Of a DNA stretch of 64,000 bases, positions 35,701 to 48,015 are shown piece by piece. Numbering within the stretch: position 1 is the stretch's first letter; each line of letters opens with the position of its first letter. This DNA comes from Squalus acanthias. Its lineage: Eukaryota. The position numbers were made by a program, and so were the translations under genes. The notes below the pieces were generated by a model, which saw nothing but the letters and a program-made list of their open reading frames with translations, was not told the DNA's origin and ran no database searches. The stretch spans positions 149,670,001 through 149,734,000 of the forward strand of contig CM059432.1 in assembly GCA_030390025.1 (NCBI GenBank), in the 5' to 3' direction.

Positions 35701-36492
35701 CCTTTCTTGTCAGAGTGTCCGTGAAGAACTCATCCAAGTGTGATACCAGTAAACGCAACCCCAATTCCCCATTCCCAACAGGCCCACACCTTACCTTCTC
35801 TCTGTCACTCACCATCACAGCATCCGCTCGGCCACAATGCAAAAATAAAATCCACCATAAAATAAACATTCCAAACCAATTTTACAATATTTCATTGAAA
35901 AGTCAACTAATCACCCTTATGCATTCACTTAGTCGCTGTCTTCCCTGTACCTTTGTCTGTCCTAGTGCTCTTACGCAGTGCTACCCCAGTGGCTGTAGCA
36001 TGGCTGGTGGAAGGCTGCTGACTTTTAGTGGGGGAGACTGCAGATGGCCTTGGAGGATGACCTCGAGCAGCTCTGGGCCTAGAAGGCCTGGATGTGAACT
36101 GTTCCATCTTGGCACGGGCGGCAGCAGTCTGGGCTGGCTGACAGGCAACAGCAAGGGCACCGGCAGAGTGGCAGGACGAATGCAGTCATCCTGAGAGAGG
36201 ACAGCAGGTTCGAGCTCCACAGAGCCACTGCCACACCCTGGGGGGGCGGTGCCTCAGCAATCCTAGGAATCTGTTGGAGGACTTTAAGTAGTGCTAGCCT
36301 CACATGACCTTGGGCCCCCTGGTGATGTGTGCAACCAATCAACAGCAGGGTTGGTGCTAGCTGCACGGTACAATCATAGAAATGAGCAGGCAGCACGAAG
36401 TCGGCATACTGCTTGCATCACATTGAATAGGCGCGGGTTAATTGCGCATCGCGATCCCCACGCCCATTTTCGCGACTATCGAATTAAGACCC
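32726..36492 (+). mobile_element. Harbinger element: transposase pseudogene (33182-35751, +) and 3' end of Myb gene (about 35925-36270, -), inserted in a CR1 fragment
   Basis: MGALVE...LPVAVKVTVAMNFYASGSFQ, AGFPMEQGAIDC, GWLLGDKGY, IEQTIGVLKLRFRCLD. CR1 sequence 32513-32724 resumes at 36494. TIR match is weak. Confidence 0.85.
33654..35101 (-). mobile_element. CR1 LINE (RT to 3' end) inserted in the transposase
   Basis: GVPQGSVLGP, KFADDTK, LYRVLVRPHLEY; TSD GGGATT at 33648-53 and 35102-07. Confidence 0.92.
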
Positions 36493-37249
36493 CAGTATCC
36501 CCAGCCTGTTCAATCTTTCTTGATAGTTGTACACTCAGTTCCACCATCCTTTTAAATCTTTTCTGCACCTTCTCCAGTGCCTTTATACCCTTTTGTAATA
36601 TGGCGACCAGAACTGTGCCCAGTGCTCAGAGTGTGGTCTAACCAAGGTTCGATGTGAGTTTAATATAACTTCTCTACTTTTGAATTCTATTCCTCCAGAA
36701 ATGAACCCCAGTGCTTTGCTTGCGCTTTTTATGGTTTTGTTAACCTGCGTTTCTACTTGTAATGATTTGTAAATCTGTACCTCGTGATCACTTTGCGCCT
36801 CTACCCCATTTACATTCTTTGGGGGGAATTTTAACCCCCCAAAACAGGTGAGTTTGGGTTGTGAGAGAAGCAAAAATGTAAAAAAATCTCATACCCGAAT
36901 CTAACCCGCCTCAAACCTGACCCCTAACGGAGGCGGGACTGGGGGCGGGCAACCAACCCGCTCCCAGGACGCGGGTCGCTCATTTAAATATTTTAACGAG
37001 GCTTCGTGCCTCAGATTTTTTTCTCTGTTCCAGTTTGAACGCTGGCCAGTCGGATGGCCTGGGCCTCGGCAACCCAAGCAGCGAAAGGGAGACGAAGACT
37101 GCTGCATGGAACAGGCAAGTGCTTTCCCCCCCCGATCTCCGTCCACTTCCACGATCTTCTCCACATCTCCTCCGATCTCTCCCGGCCCCTTCCACAATGT
37201 CCCCTCCCAAACCCCCCCTCCCCGGCCCCCAACCTCTCCCCCCTAGCCC

Positions 37250-38905
37250 CCTGCTATTTCTCATCTACATGCTGCCCCTCAGCGCCATCATCTGAAGACA
37301 TGTCAGGTTCCAAATATACGCCAACAATGCTCAGCTCTATCTCACCACCACTCAACCCCTCCACTGCCTCTGTGTTTTCAGACTGCTTGTCTGACATCCA
37401 GTATTGGATTGTTTTATTTGTTTCTGGGATGTGGGCGTCACTGGCAAGGCCAGCATTTATTGCCCATCCCTAATTGCCCTTGAGAAGGTGGTGGTGAGCC
37501 GCTTTCTTGAACTGCTGCAGTCCGTGTGGTGAAGGTACTCCCACAGTGCTGTTAGGGAGGGAGTTCCAGGATTTTGACCCAGCGACGATGAAGGATCGGC
37601 GATATACTTCTAAGTCAGGATGGTGTGTGACTTGGAGGGGAACTTGGAGGTGGTGGTGTTCCCATGCGCCTGCTGCCCTTGTCCTTCTAGGTGGAAGAGG
37701 TCGTGGGTTTGGGAGGTGCTGCCGAAGAAGCCTTGGCGAGTTACTGCAGTGCATCTTGTAGATGGTACACACTGCAGCCACGGTATACCAGTGGTGGAGG
37801 AAGTGAATGTTTAAGGTGGTAGATGGGGTGCCAATCAAGTGGGCTGCTTTGTCCTGGATGGTGTCGAGCTTCTTGAGTGCTGTTGGAGCTGCACTCATCT
37901 AGGCAAGTGGAGAGTATTCCATCACACTCCTGACTTGTGCCTTGTAGATGGTGGAAAGGCTTTGGGGAGTCGGGAGGTGAGACACTCGCCGCAGAATACC
38001 TAGCCTCTGACCTGCTCTTGTTGCCACAGTATTTATGTGGATGAGCTGCAATTTCTTCCAATTGGGAAGCTGAAGCATTACCTTCAGCCCCCACCACAAA
38101 CTCTGTTCCCTAGCTACCGATTCCATCTCCCTCCCTGGCCACTGTCTCAGGCTGAACCAGACTGTTCGCAACCTTGACGTCCTAATTTGACCCTGAGCTG
38201 AACTTCCAACGCCATATCCTCTCCATCACCAAGACCGCCTACTTCCACCTCATAATATCTCCGTCTCTGCCCTGCCGCAGCTTATAAGCTGCTAAAAACC
38301 CTCATCCATGCTTTTGTTTCCGCTACATTCGATTATTCCAATGCTCTCCTGGTCGGCCTCCCATCTTCCATCATCCATAAACTTGACCTCATCCAAAACT
38401 CTGCTGCCTTTATTCTAACCTTTTGATTTTCAAACCTGTACCAAGTTCCATTCATCCATCAGCCCTGCGCTCGTTGACCTACATTGTCTCTCGGCCCACC
38501 AACACCTCAATTTTAAAATTCTCTCCTCGTGTTCAAATCCCTCCATGACCTTACCCCCTCCCTATGTCTGTAACTTCCTCCAGCTCTGCAAACATCCAAG
38601 AACCCTGCGTTCCGACAATTCTGGCCTCTTGTGCATCCTCCACTATTCCATTGCCCCACCGATGGCGACCGTGCCTTCAACTGTCCAGGTACTAAGCTCT
38701 GAAATTCCAATTCTAAACCTCTCAGTCTCTCTCCTCCTTTAAGACAGTCCTTCAAAAACTTACCTCCTTGACCAAACTTTTAGCCAGCTGTCCGAATATT
38801 TCCTCCTTTAGCTCGGTGTCAACTTTTGTCGTATTGTGCTCCTGTGAAGCACCTTGGGCCATCTTCCCAAGTTAAAAGGCGCTATACAAATCCAAGTTGT
38901 TGATG
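37250..38905. mobile_element. L2 LINE fragment (+) interrupted by LINE-B fragment (37425-38043, -)
   Basis: L2-type text (cagctctatctcacc, atccaaaactctgctgc, tail aaaggcgctatacaaat); LINE-B KAQVRSVMEYSPLA on the minus strand. Confidence 0.8.
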
Positions 38906-38980
38906 TTGCTGTGACCAGGGAATGGGGGGTGGGATCATCGGGGTTGGGCTCCAGGCACAGGGAAGTCAGTGAAAATTAAC

Positions 38981-39540
38981 TGGGGATCAGGGGAGAGGGG
39001 GATGGAGGGAGAGGGGGGATCAGGGGAGAGGGGGGATCAGGGGAGAGGGGGGATACTGGGGAGAGGGGGGATACTGGGGAGAGGGGGATGGAGGGAGAGG
39101 GGGATGGGGGAGAGGGGGATGGGGGGAGAGGGGGATGGGGAGAGGGGGATGGAGGGAGAGGGGGATCAGGGGAGAGGGGGATGGAGGGAGAGGGCGATGG
39201 AGGGAGAGGGGGGATACAGGGGAGGGGGGTACAGGGGAGAGGGGGATCAGGGGAGAGGGGGATGGAGGGAGAGGGGGATCAGGGGAGAGGGGGATGGAGG
39301 GAGAGGGGGATCAGGGGAGAGGGGGATCAAGGGAGAGGGGGGTGGAGGGAGAGGGGGATGGAGGGAGAGGGGGATGGAGGGAGAGGGGGATCGGGGAGAG
39401 GGGGATGGAGGGAGGGGGGGATACAGGGGAGAGGGGGGATACAGGGGAAAGGGGGATCAGGGGAGAGGGGGATCAAGGGATCAGGGGAGAGGGAGATCAG
39501 GGGAGAGGGGGGTGGAGGGAGAGGGGGATACTGGGGAATG
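38981..39540. repeat. G/A-rich low-complexity tandem array (GGGGAGAGGGGGAT-like units)
   Basis: Direct reading of the sequence. Confidence 0.92.
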
Positions 39541-40599
39541 GGGTTCGGGAGAGACAGAGACTGGAGACGGGGGGGGGGGAGGTCAGCGAGTTTGGCGCTC
39601 GGGTAGGGTGGCAGAGAGGGAGACTGGGGAATGTCTTTACATTCCTGCCTTTACCGCATTTAAGCATAAATTTTATGGCTGGAAATAACAGCCTGGATGG
39701 TAGAGAATTTCTTGATGTGCTCTCCCGGTGAGTAACAGGAGAGCAGAAGTACAAAATGTAGCCTTTAGTGCACTAGTCGACAAACAATCTTTAATAAACA
39801 TAAATTTCCATAAACAAACAAAAATAACCTTAAAAAAATGCTCAAAAGTTCATTGTTTATACAGATCTTAAGTTTAGATCTAGACAATTCCTAAAGCCTC
39901 AAAAAATCATAGGAAAGATATATATTTAAACTCAATTTTCAGCAGTAATAAACACATTCTCTATAATCTATCTTTCTTTTCTAACAAAGGAACCATGATT
40001 ACTGATGTTGCCTCTGAAGTGTTTTCTGTTATGAATTGCTCAGACAGACAACAGCATTTTGTCATCACTTGCCTGAAGTAAAGTTTTGACAATTCAATCA
40101 CCAGTTTCTTTCATAGTCTTCTGGAGAAAATAAAAAAAAACCTCTAATATCCACACAGGATGAGATAATTAATCCTTCTTCCTTCAACTCTTGTATGCAG
40201 GGATATTTTGCAAACGGCACACACTCAAATGCAAGACTGAATCTTGGGAATTCCAGCCAACTACAGTTGTAGTTGAAAGCTCGTGAGGTAAAAAAATCCT
40301 GTCAAAACCCATGGCTTTTGAGACAGGCTAAGGTCTTGAAACAAAAGCTTTAAATGATGAAGGCATCAAAAGACACAACAGCCATCATAATGGGTAAATT
40401 TAATCATGTTATTGTAAAAAAATATATTTTGTTTAAAATCCTGTTTTGGGATATTAGAATTTTAGTGATTGAGGAAATGGCGGATAAAACTTTTTCAAAA
40501 ACATTTTGAGTGATTTGATTGACTCATCAACCAACTATGATGGTGAAGGAAATCTTTCAAATAGCGTGTGAAGCATTATAAATTCTCAACTTGTCCTGC

Positions 40600-41600
40600 C
40601 ACCTTCAACACAAACCCCCAGGTCTCTCTGTTCCTGCACACCCTTTAAAATGGTCCCATTAGTTTATATTGACTCTCCTCATTCTTCATAACAAAATGCA
40701 TCACTTCACACTTCTCTGCGTTAAATTTCATCTGCCCTGTGTCTGCCCATTTCACCAGTCTGTCTATGTCTTCCTGAAGTCTGTCACTATCCTCCTCATT
40801 GTTTACTACATTTCCGAGTTTCATGTCAGCTGCAAACTTTGAAATTATTCCCTGTATACCCAAGTCCAGGTCATTAATATATATCAAAAAGAGCAGTGGT
40901 CCGAATACTGACCCCTGGGGGACACCACTGTATCCTTCCCTCCAGTCTGAAAAACAATGTTCACCACTGCTCTCTGCTTTCTGTCCCTTAGCCAATTTTG
41001 TACCCATACTGTCACCGTCCCTTTAATCCCATGGGCTACAGTTATCTGGTACTTTATCAAACGTTTTTTAAAAAGTCCATATAGACATCAACTGCGCTAC
41101 ACTCATCAATCCTTTCCGTTACTTCATCAAAGAACTCAATCAAGTTAGTCAAACATGAATGGAAAAGTCTATTACCATTTTCTGCCCCTCTTGCCTTTGT
41201 ATAAAATCAGTATCATAATATGTTATGATAATAAAATTATGAAAAATTTTGATAGAGTGGATACCGAGAGAATGTTTCCACTTGTGGGAAGGAGCATAAC
41301 TAGAGGCCATCAATATAAGATAGTCACCAAGAAATCCAATAGGGAATTCAGGAGAAACTTTACTCAGGGAGTGGTGAGAATGTGGAACTCGCTACCACAG
41401 GGAGTGGTTGAAGCGAATAGTATGGATGTATTTAAGGGGAGGCCAGACAAGCATCTGAGGGAGAAGGGAATAGAGGGTTATGTTGATAGATTTAGATGAG
41501 GAAAGACGGGAGGAGGCTTGTGTGGAGCATAAACGCCGGCATGGACTGGTTGGGCCGAATGGCCTGTTTCTGTGCTGTATATCCTATGGAATGTAATCCT
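40600..41600. mobile_element. CR1 fragments: RT part (40600-41155, -) and 3' end (41235-41600, +)
   Basis: SGVPQGSVFGPLLFLIYINDLD; VVRMWNSLPQ. Confidence 0.8.
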
Positions 41601-41999
41601 ATGTTACTTAGGGGCAGATGTTTGCTTTCAGTGCTTGGGCAGTAATCTGACAGAGCGGAACCAACCGCCCTTTGTAGAACCTGCCCAATCTTCATTCCAT
41701 TGAAATGAATAGAATGACAATGAGGCGGATTCTATGAAGTCAGACCATCTGCCCTGCTAGATCAGCACCAGTTGGTGAAGGTGAAAATCCACCCCACAGG
41801 ATTTTCATATATTAAATGTTGACATCACAAGTGTGAATCAAAATGTGACAACAAGTAGCAAGGTATTTTGGCAGGAAGCATGGAATTTAAATTTAATATA
41901 CATAGATACACGCACACACAGTTAAAACAAGATGTATACTAGTAGCACTGGGCGATAAAGCTCATTAGTCCAACACTAGCATTTCATACGTAGACTCAC

Positions 42000-42213
42000 C
42001 TCCATGGCCTGTGTAAATCTGCTGTTTCCTTTTATAACACTAACAGATCTCCCATGGCATTGCTCAAGGTGAGTCAGAGGTTATGCTGTTGCTAGGGGGA
42101 TGGGGTGTCGGGCTGTGGAAATGATGGAGTGGCGCACATCTCCACTGAAAGGATTTGAGAAGCTGTTTGCAAGAGATCACCCCAGAAATAATGATGGTAT
42201 TTCTGATTGGTTC
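42000..42213 (-). other. Candidate alternative STAC 5' exon (mostly UTR, ends GCC ATG GAG)
   Basis: Acceptor tttattcattttccag; strong Kozak GCCATGG; donor GAG|gtgagt in phase 0, compatible with the exon starting at 30103. Prediction only. Confidence 0.35.
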
Positions 42214-42340
42214 CTGGAAAATGAATAAACAGTATTTTCCATAACCACTTCGGGTAGAGAAATACATTTTTTCCCCTTACATACCATAGTTAAATATGTA
42301 AACAGACATCTGCATGAAATAAGGGACAGTCGCTCTTTAC

Positions 42341-42572
42341 CTTCAAGAGATAATTTTACAAATTGCCCTCCTCCGCAGAGCTCCACCAGCTGGGATCTCT
42401 CAATGGGAATTCAAGCACGCAGGCACTCATTTTTGATTGGCTTAGCTTTCCCTTTCTCGTGTTACTAGTTGTTTGTCTGCCCATTTTTGATTTGTAGGTT
42501 TTCTGTACTCAGTGATCAGTGGTTTTCATTTCTGATTGGGTGACGCTATGCGAATATGAAATTCAAGCCAAT
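42341..42572 (-). promoter_or_regulatory. Candidate promoter and short non-coding first exon with CCAAT cluster
   Basis: ATTGG/CCAAT at 42436, 42535 and 42568; TGACG at 42541; minus-strand donor GAAG|gtaaag at 42341/42340; non-repetitive context. Confidence 0.25.
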
Positions 42573-42876
42573 TAGGTGCGAGCGTGAAACAGAGATCTGT
42601 AGACCTCTAGTTGCTCACAGCAATTACTGTTTTGTAAGTATTCACTGGTAAGGACCAGTATTATCCCTTTAAGGCCACAGAGTCTCATTGCTGTTCAGTA
42701 AAGAAAGCCTCAGGTGAGTCAGAGTTTCATTGCTGTATAGGCGAACAAGATGAAATGAAAAGTTTTTTTGTCTTGCTCAGATTATTTTTGGAGATAAGCT
42801 TCGTGACTCTTGTTTGAACATACTATTTTCTGTTAGTAGGGGAGTTACTCTGTACATTCCAAATGAATGACGCTTT

Positions 42877-43750
42877 GGGGGGGATTTTTCCGGCGCTCAG
42901 GGGGCGGGTTTGGAGGCGGGACATGCGGCAAAATCGCAAAGATTGACAACGGGTCGGAAACCCACTGTCAACCCGCCTCCAAACAATCTTCCCAGGTGTC
43001 GGGTCCCCGATTTGCACATGGACCCGACACCTAGCGGCGGGAAGAAGATTATAGAAACTTAACTGCTTGTTAACAGGTTAACAGGCAGTTAAGAGGCTTT
43101 TTGCAATTTTGACAGGTCTACTGTGGGCTTCCCGACGTCTGGACACCACGCCAGGGTAAGTGTGGCGTGTTGTGAGTCTACTGTAATGTTTCTGCATTGA
43201 TGACAGCTGCAGAAGTGGGGTGAAGGATCCAATGGTACACTGGTGAGTTTCAGAGGCAAGGAAATGTTGGGAAAATCATTTTTAATGTATTTAGACTTTT
43301 CTGTAGGTGACAAGTTTTGAATTGTTTGTGTAGTCCCACCTCATTGGGAGAACCTCTCTCACCAGTAACAGATCGCCTCTGTAACCTCACCTGCAGCTGC
43401 CATCTGTTCAAGCCTAAGGAGGGAGTCACTGGAGAGCCTGGGTGCAAGAGCTCACCTGTGAAGAGTGATTGTCAGTGTTTGCAGCACCTCAATGCTGTCA
43501 AACACTGAAAAAATCACCTGTCAAAAATAAAATTGAAGCCCCTTTAAGAAAACCGGCAGATGACACATCATCAAATGATGTCATCAGACACTGGCTTTTT
43601 CTTAATTGGCCGGCAAGCCCGCAGGGCGGGCTTAACAAGGCCAATTGATGCAAAATCATGTCTGTGCGTCGGAAGTCGTTGGGGGCGGGATTGGAACCCG
43701 GAAGGCAGCTGTCCAGTCCCCAAGCTGCATCGAGAGTTAAGATCGCGGCC
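42877..43750. mobile_element. Harbinger-type MITE
   Basis: G-rich start ggggggattttt, end aagatcgcggcc, TTT on both flanks; related to 5600-5921. Confidence 0.55.
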
Positions 43751-44145
43751 TTTCTCTTTTTTTTTTAAACATTGTTTGAAAGGATAAACCAATCAACTAC
43801 AAGAAAGCTGCTTGAAATAAATGTAGCTATAATTGAGGGTGACGCACGTAGGGCGATGTGACGGGCAGGAAACGTATGCATCAATATTATTTTCAATGTA
43901 TGACTTGCAGATGTCGCATGGCTTCAGCAGAACTGAGAATATGCGACAAAGATGGATAAGGGAGATTCAGTCGAAAATAGTCATACCTGGCAATATGGAA
44001 GAGTGACTTATTTTTGGAATAAGCAGAGTTGTATAGTTTGGCTGCAGAATCGGTTTGTGTTTTTGATATAAATGTGACTCTTAAAGTTGACAGTTATTGA
44101 TGTTTTATATTAGTTATGCATGAGTCTGGTGTAGCTGAACATTTA

Positions 44146-45034
44146 GGGGGAAAAATTCAGTTGGTTGCGCCTCCCATTAGTGCCTTAAGAGGGCGCTAAT
44201 GGGGCGCAAAGCAACTAGCGCCCGGGTGCGGCGATGTTTGCGCCGCTCGCGAAATTAACTAGACATTTTGCGGTGGCGCTAAACACTACCGCCACGATCT
44301 CCTGCGCCGGCAGATCGTGACGTCAGTCGAGGGTGCAACGCCCCGGTATCGCCCCGGAGCGGATATTGAGTGGCGCCCCCTGCCTTACCACCTGCCGCTA
44401 GCAACGACAGGTTGAGGGGAGCGTTTTGCAGTCAGGAAGGGACTGGGGGAGCGCTATTTAAAGACCGCTTCCTGCCTTTTATTGTTGGTGACATTTTTGA
44501 ACCACGCATTCTGAGAGAGAGAGAGAGAGACTTCTGGAGAGATTCAACACTGTGTGAAGGAGTTTTGGGTACTGAGCAGCACTTTGCAGGTTCATTTTGA
44601 CTTGCCCTTCCTTGTATCGATTTAGAAGAGAATGTGGGGGCTGCACTCTGAGCTATTTCCCTGGTACTCTGCATTGTTCTTTCCAGCAGATTTGATGTGC
44701 AGGTCTCTCCAGGCCGAATTCAAGGCTGCAATGAGCAGGATGTGGATGGAGAGCAAGATTAACCATCCCCTTTAAGAACTGGCCGGCGCCATTGTGTCTG
44801 TGTTCCATTGCTGACTGACATCACATGAGCTTCGCCAGCGCTCTGAGGTAGCGCCTCGCTCCTCGGCCTTTGCGCCTTAAGACAGGTGTGAAACGCCTGT
44901 TTTAGCGCTCCAATCACCTCCAGGGGCGATAAAAGTCAAGTTTGCAGTCGGTGCCGATAATTAGTGCCAGGCGCTAATCTTTGCGCCCGGCCAATAATTG
45001 CGCCCCAAATGGGGCGATACTGAATTTCTCCCCC
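44146..45034. mobile_element. Harbinger-type MITE
   Basis: TIR GGGGGAAAAATTCAGT vs GGGGGAGAAATTCAGT (15/16); flanks TTA/TAT, so the TSD is ambiguous. Confidence 0.75.
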
Positions 45035-45257
45035 TATGGGTTTTAATGCACAGATGTGCTGGGAACAGAGGTGGGGGGGACCCGGAAATATGTGCAGCGT
45101 GTCTGTCAGTGGTTTTTTTAAAACGGCCACTTCATTACTATCTGATTTCCAGGTTTCCCATCCAATTAGCATAAGCGGGCATGATGATGACTGGCATGAC
45201 GCGATCTCAACTCCAGTATTTAAAGAGACTCTCCAAAGATGCAAGTTGGAGTTGTCA

Positions 45258-45510
45258 TGGAGAGAGAAAGAAGTGTTGGAATGGAGTCGAGACGGGCAAA
45301 GGCTGTGCCCCGCTTCATCGACGCCTCCCCGGATGTGGTGCTGGGGGGCTGTGAGGATACCGTTCCCTAGCAATGGGAGGAAGAAACCGGCTGGCGATAC
45401 AAAGGTGGCATAGTTGGTGTTGCCAAGGAGGTCAGCAACAGGAGCATGGTGCCATGCTCCTGGAGCCAATGCAGGCAGCGCTTCAATGACATAAGCAGGG
45501 CAGGAAAGGT
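45258..45510 (+). pseudogene. Harbinger Myb/SANT first-exon relic
   Basis: AVPRFIDAS...FPSNGRKKP...VAKEVSNRS...WSQCRQRFNDISRAGK|gtgag with frameshifts; homologous to 17903-18142. Confidence 0.75.
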
Positions 45511-45604
45511 GAGAGCAATGGCATATTACCCTTCAGAGGGTTTGTCTGGGTGTGTGAGTACGGTGGGGGGCTTGGGTGGGTGTGGGTGCACTAGGGAGGA
45601 GGGT

Positions 45605-46257
45605 TGAAATAACAACAGAAAATGCTGGAAACACTCAGCAGGCCAGGCAGCATCCGTGGAGAGAGAAACAGAGTTAACGTTTCAGGCCTGGGACTCTTCA
45701 TCAGAACTGGAAAAGGTTAGAGACGTAACAGGTTTTAAACAGGTGCAGAGACAGGGAAAGGGGGAGGGGAGGAAGGAACATTCTGTGCTAGAGTAGGAGG
45801 CAGGAGAGATAAATGTTGTAAATGGGGATGGTAGAATAATAAACAGCCTGAAAAACAGGGGTGGAGGTTATGATCTGAAATTGCTGAACTCAATGTTGAG
45901 TCCAGAAGGCTGTAAAGTATCTAATCGAAAGATGAGGTGCTGTTCCTCGAGCTTACGTTGAGCTTCATTGGAACAGTGTAAGAGGCTGAGGACAGAGAGG
46001 TCAGAGTGGGAGTGGAGCGGAGAATTAAAGTGACAGGCGACTGGAAGCTCGGGGTCACCCTTACGGACTGAACGGAGGTGTTCCGCAAAGCGGTCACCCA
46101 ATCTGCGTTTGGTCTCCCCAATGTAGAGGAGACCGCATCGTGAGCAGCGAATACAGTATACTAAATTGCAAGAAGTACAAGTAAATCGCTGTTTCACCTG
46201 GAAGGAGTGTTTGGGGCCCTGGACAGTGGGAAGGGAGGAGGTAAAAGGGCAGGTGTC
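45605..46257 (-). mobile_element. Penelope-like retroelement 3' part (GIY-YIG endonuclease and tail with hammerhead motif at 45672-45708)
   Basis: CTSCNLVYCIRCSRCGLLYIGETKRRLGDRFAEH...LEEQHLIFRL..LQPSGLN. Confidence 0.9.
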
Positions 46258-46449
46258 CAGACTGCAGTTATACTATAATTGGCAACTGCATCCTAGTAAC
46301 AAAGCAGTAAGCACATCAGCAACTTAAAGCCGGTTCCTAGACACAGCTAGAGACACATCTTTTCGGATGTTCTTGGTGTGTGACATGGGTGGGTTAAAGG
46401 ATGGACAAGTGGGGCAGGGAGGTGTGCGGGTCGGGGGAGAAAACCACCT

Positions 46450-47267
46450 TCAACAACAACAACAAATTACATTTATACAGCGCATTTAATGAAGTGAAAC
46501 GTCTCACGGCACTTTACAAGAGCGTTATCAATGTAAAAAATTGTTGACACCGACCCACAGAAGGAGATGTCAGAGCAGATGATTAAATGTTTGATCAAAG
46601 AGGTAGGTTATAAGGAGCATCTTAAAAAGAGGAGAGGTAAGAGGTTTAGGGAGGGAATGCCAGAGCTTAGGGCCTAGGCAGCTGAAGGCACGGCCAACGA
46701 TGGTGAAGCGATTAAAATCGGGGATGCACAAGAGGCCAGAATTGGAAGAGTGCTGAGATTGCGAAGGGGTTGTATGGCTGACGGAGGTTACAGAGATAGG
46801 GAGGGGACGAGGCAATGGAGGGATTTGAAAACAAGGATGAGGATTTTAAAATTGAGGCGTTGTCAGACTGGGAGCCAGTGAAGGTCAGCGAGCATAGAGG
46901 TGATGGTTGAACAAGATTTAGAGCGAGTTAAGATACGGGCAGCAGAGTTTTGGATGAGCACAAGTTTATGTAGGGTGGAAGATGGGAGGCCAGCCAGGAG
47001 TGTGTTGGAATAGTCAAGTCTAGAGGTAACAAAGGCATGGATGAGGGTTTCAGCAGCGGATGAGCTGAGGCAAGGGTCGGGGAGTTAGGCGATGTTACGG
47101 AGGTGGAAGTAGGCGGTCTTGATGATGGAGCGGATATGTGGTCAGAAACTCATCTCGGGGTCAAACACAACACCAGGGTTGTGAGTGGTTTTGTTTAGCT
47201 TAAGACAGTTGCCAGGAATGGAAACGGTGGTCAGGAAACAGAGTTTGTGGTGGAGACCAAAGACAAT
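46450..47267 (-). mobile_element. L2 LINE 3' fragment (resumes 48676-48725)
   Basis: Reverse-complement similarity to 38040-38900; GRAFSCLGPKLWHSLP; (aac)n tail. Confidence 0.8.
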
Positions 47268-47704
47268 GGGCTGGATTTTGAATGACCCATGGAGTCGGGT
47301 TTGGAGGCGTGTGGGGGGTTAAATTTGCGGGGTCGGGGTTTCCGACCCCATCCCGCCTCCACGCAATTTTGACAAAATCAGTCGCGGGGTTCCCGACTCT
47401 CTCCCGACTGCAAGAGGCGGGAGAGGCCATTAAAGCCCTTAACGAGCCCTAAATTGGGTCTGTAATGCTATTTTGAAACATTGTAGCTAGTTTAACCCTT
47501 TTCTGACGTGAAGCACGCCTGGTGTGAAACACTCCAGTGAAACCTGGCGGGAGCACAAGTGGATAGCTGACTATCGGCTGCAAGTCCACTATTACAACGG
47601 AGATGTGATGAAGGTAGTAGTAGTATTAGGTGTAAAAGTCACCTCTGATACTGCTGCATTGAATGTCATGGCATTTGGTGTAAGAGGACTTGGATGCAAA
47701 AAAA

Positions 47705-47740
<36 letters not shown>

Positions 47741-48012
47741 CCAGGTCCACTCACATCAGAAGCAATGCAGACAGGTCCTCTCTCACCAGTAGCCAGACAA
47801 TCTCTGAGAACAGGCAGCCAGCAATGATGACATCATCAGAGGCGACTTTCAGACTGAAACCACTAATTAGTTCATGGGTTCCCACATGCTGCAACTCAAT
47901 TGCCCAATTAAGTGAAAATTGCACCAGGCATCCACATTAATCTGGAGTTGGGGGGGAAACACGAAATGCGGATTACACGACCCCAACCCGACCCCAAGAC
48001 AAAATCCAGCCC
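47268..48012 (+). mobile_element. Harbinger MITE copy A
   Basis: TIR GGGCTGGATTTTG / CAAAATCCAGCCC; AAT on both sides. Confidence 0.88.
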
Positions 48013-48015
48013 AAT

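Noticed and set aside
38969..39731. Gly/Arg/Glu-rich ORFs
   Set aside because: Translations of the G-rich simple repeat.
40073..40120. Possible 48-nt minus-strand exon (strong acceptor, GC donor)
   Set aside because: Non-canonical donor and an in-frame stop in the phase needed; no other support.
40600..41600. Twin-priming 5' inversion of one CR1
   Set aside because: About 80 bp of unrelated sequence and a gap of several hundred bases of consensus separate the pieces, and there is no TSD; two insertions is the simpler explanation.
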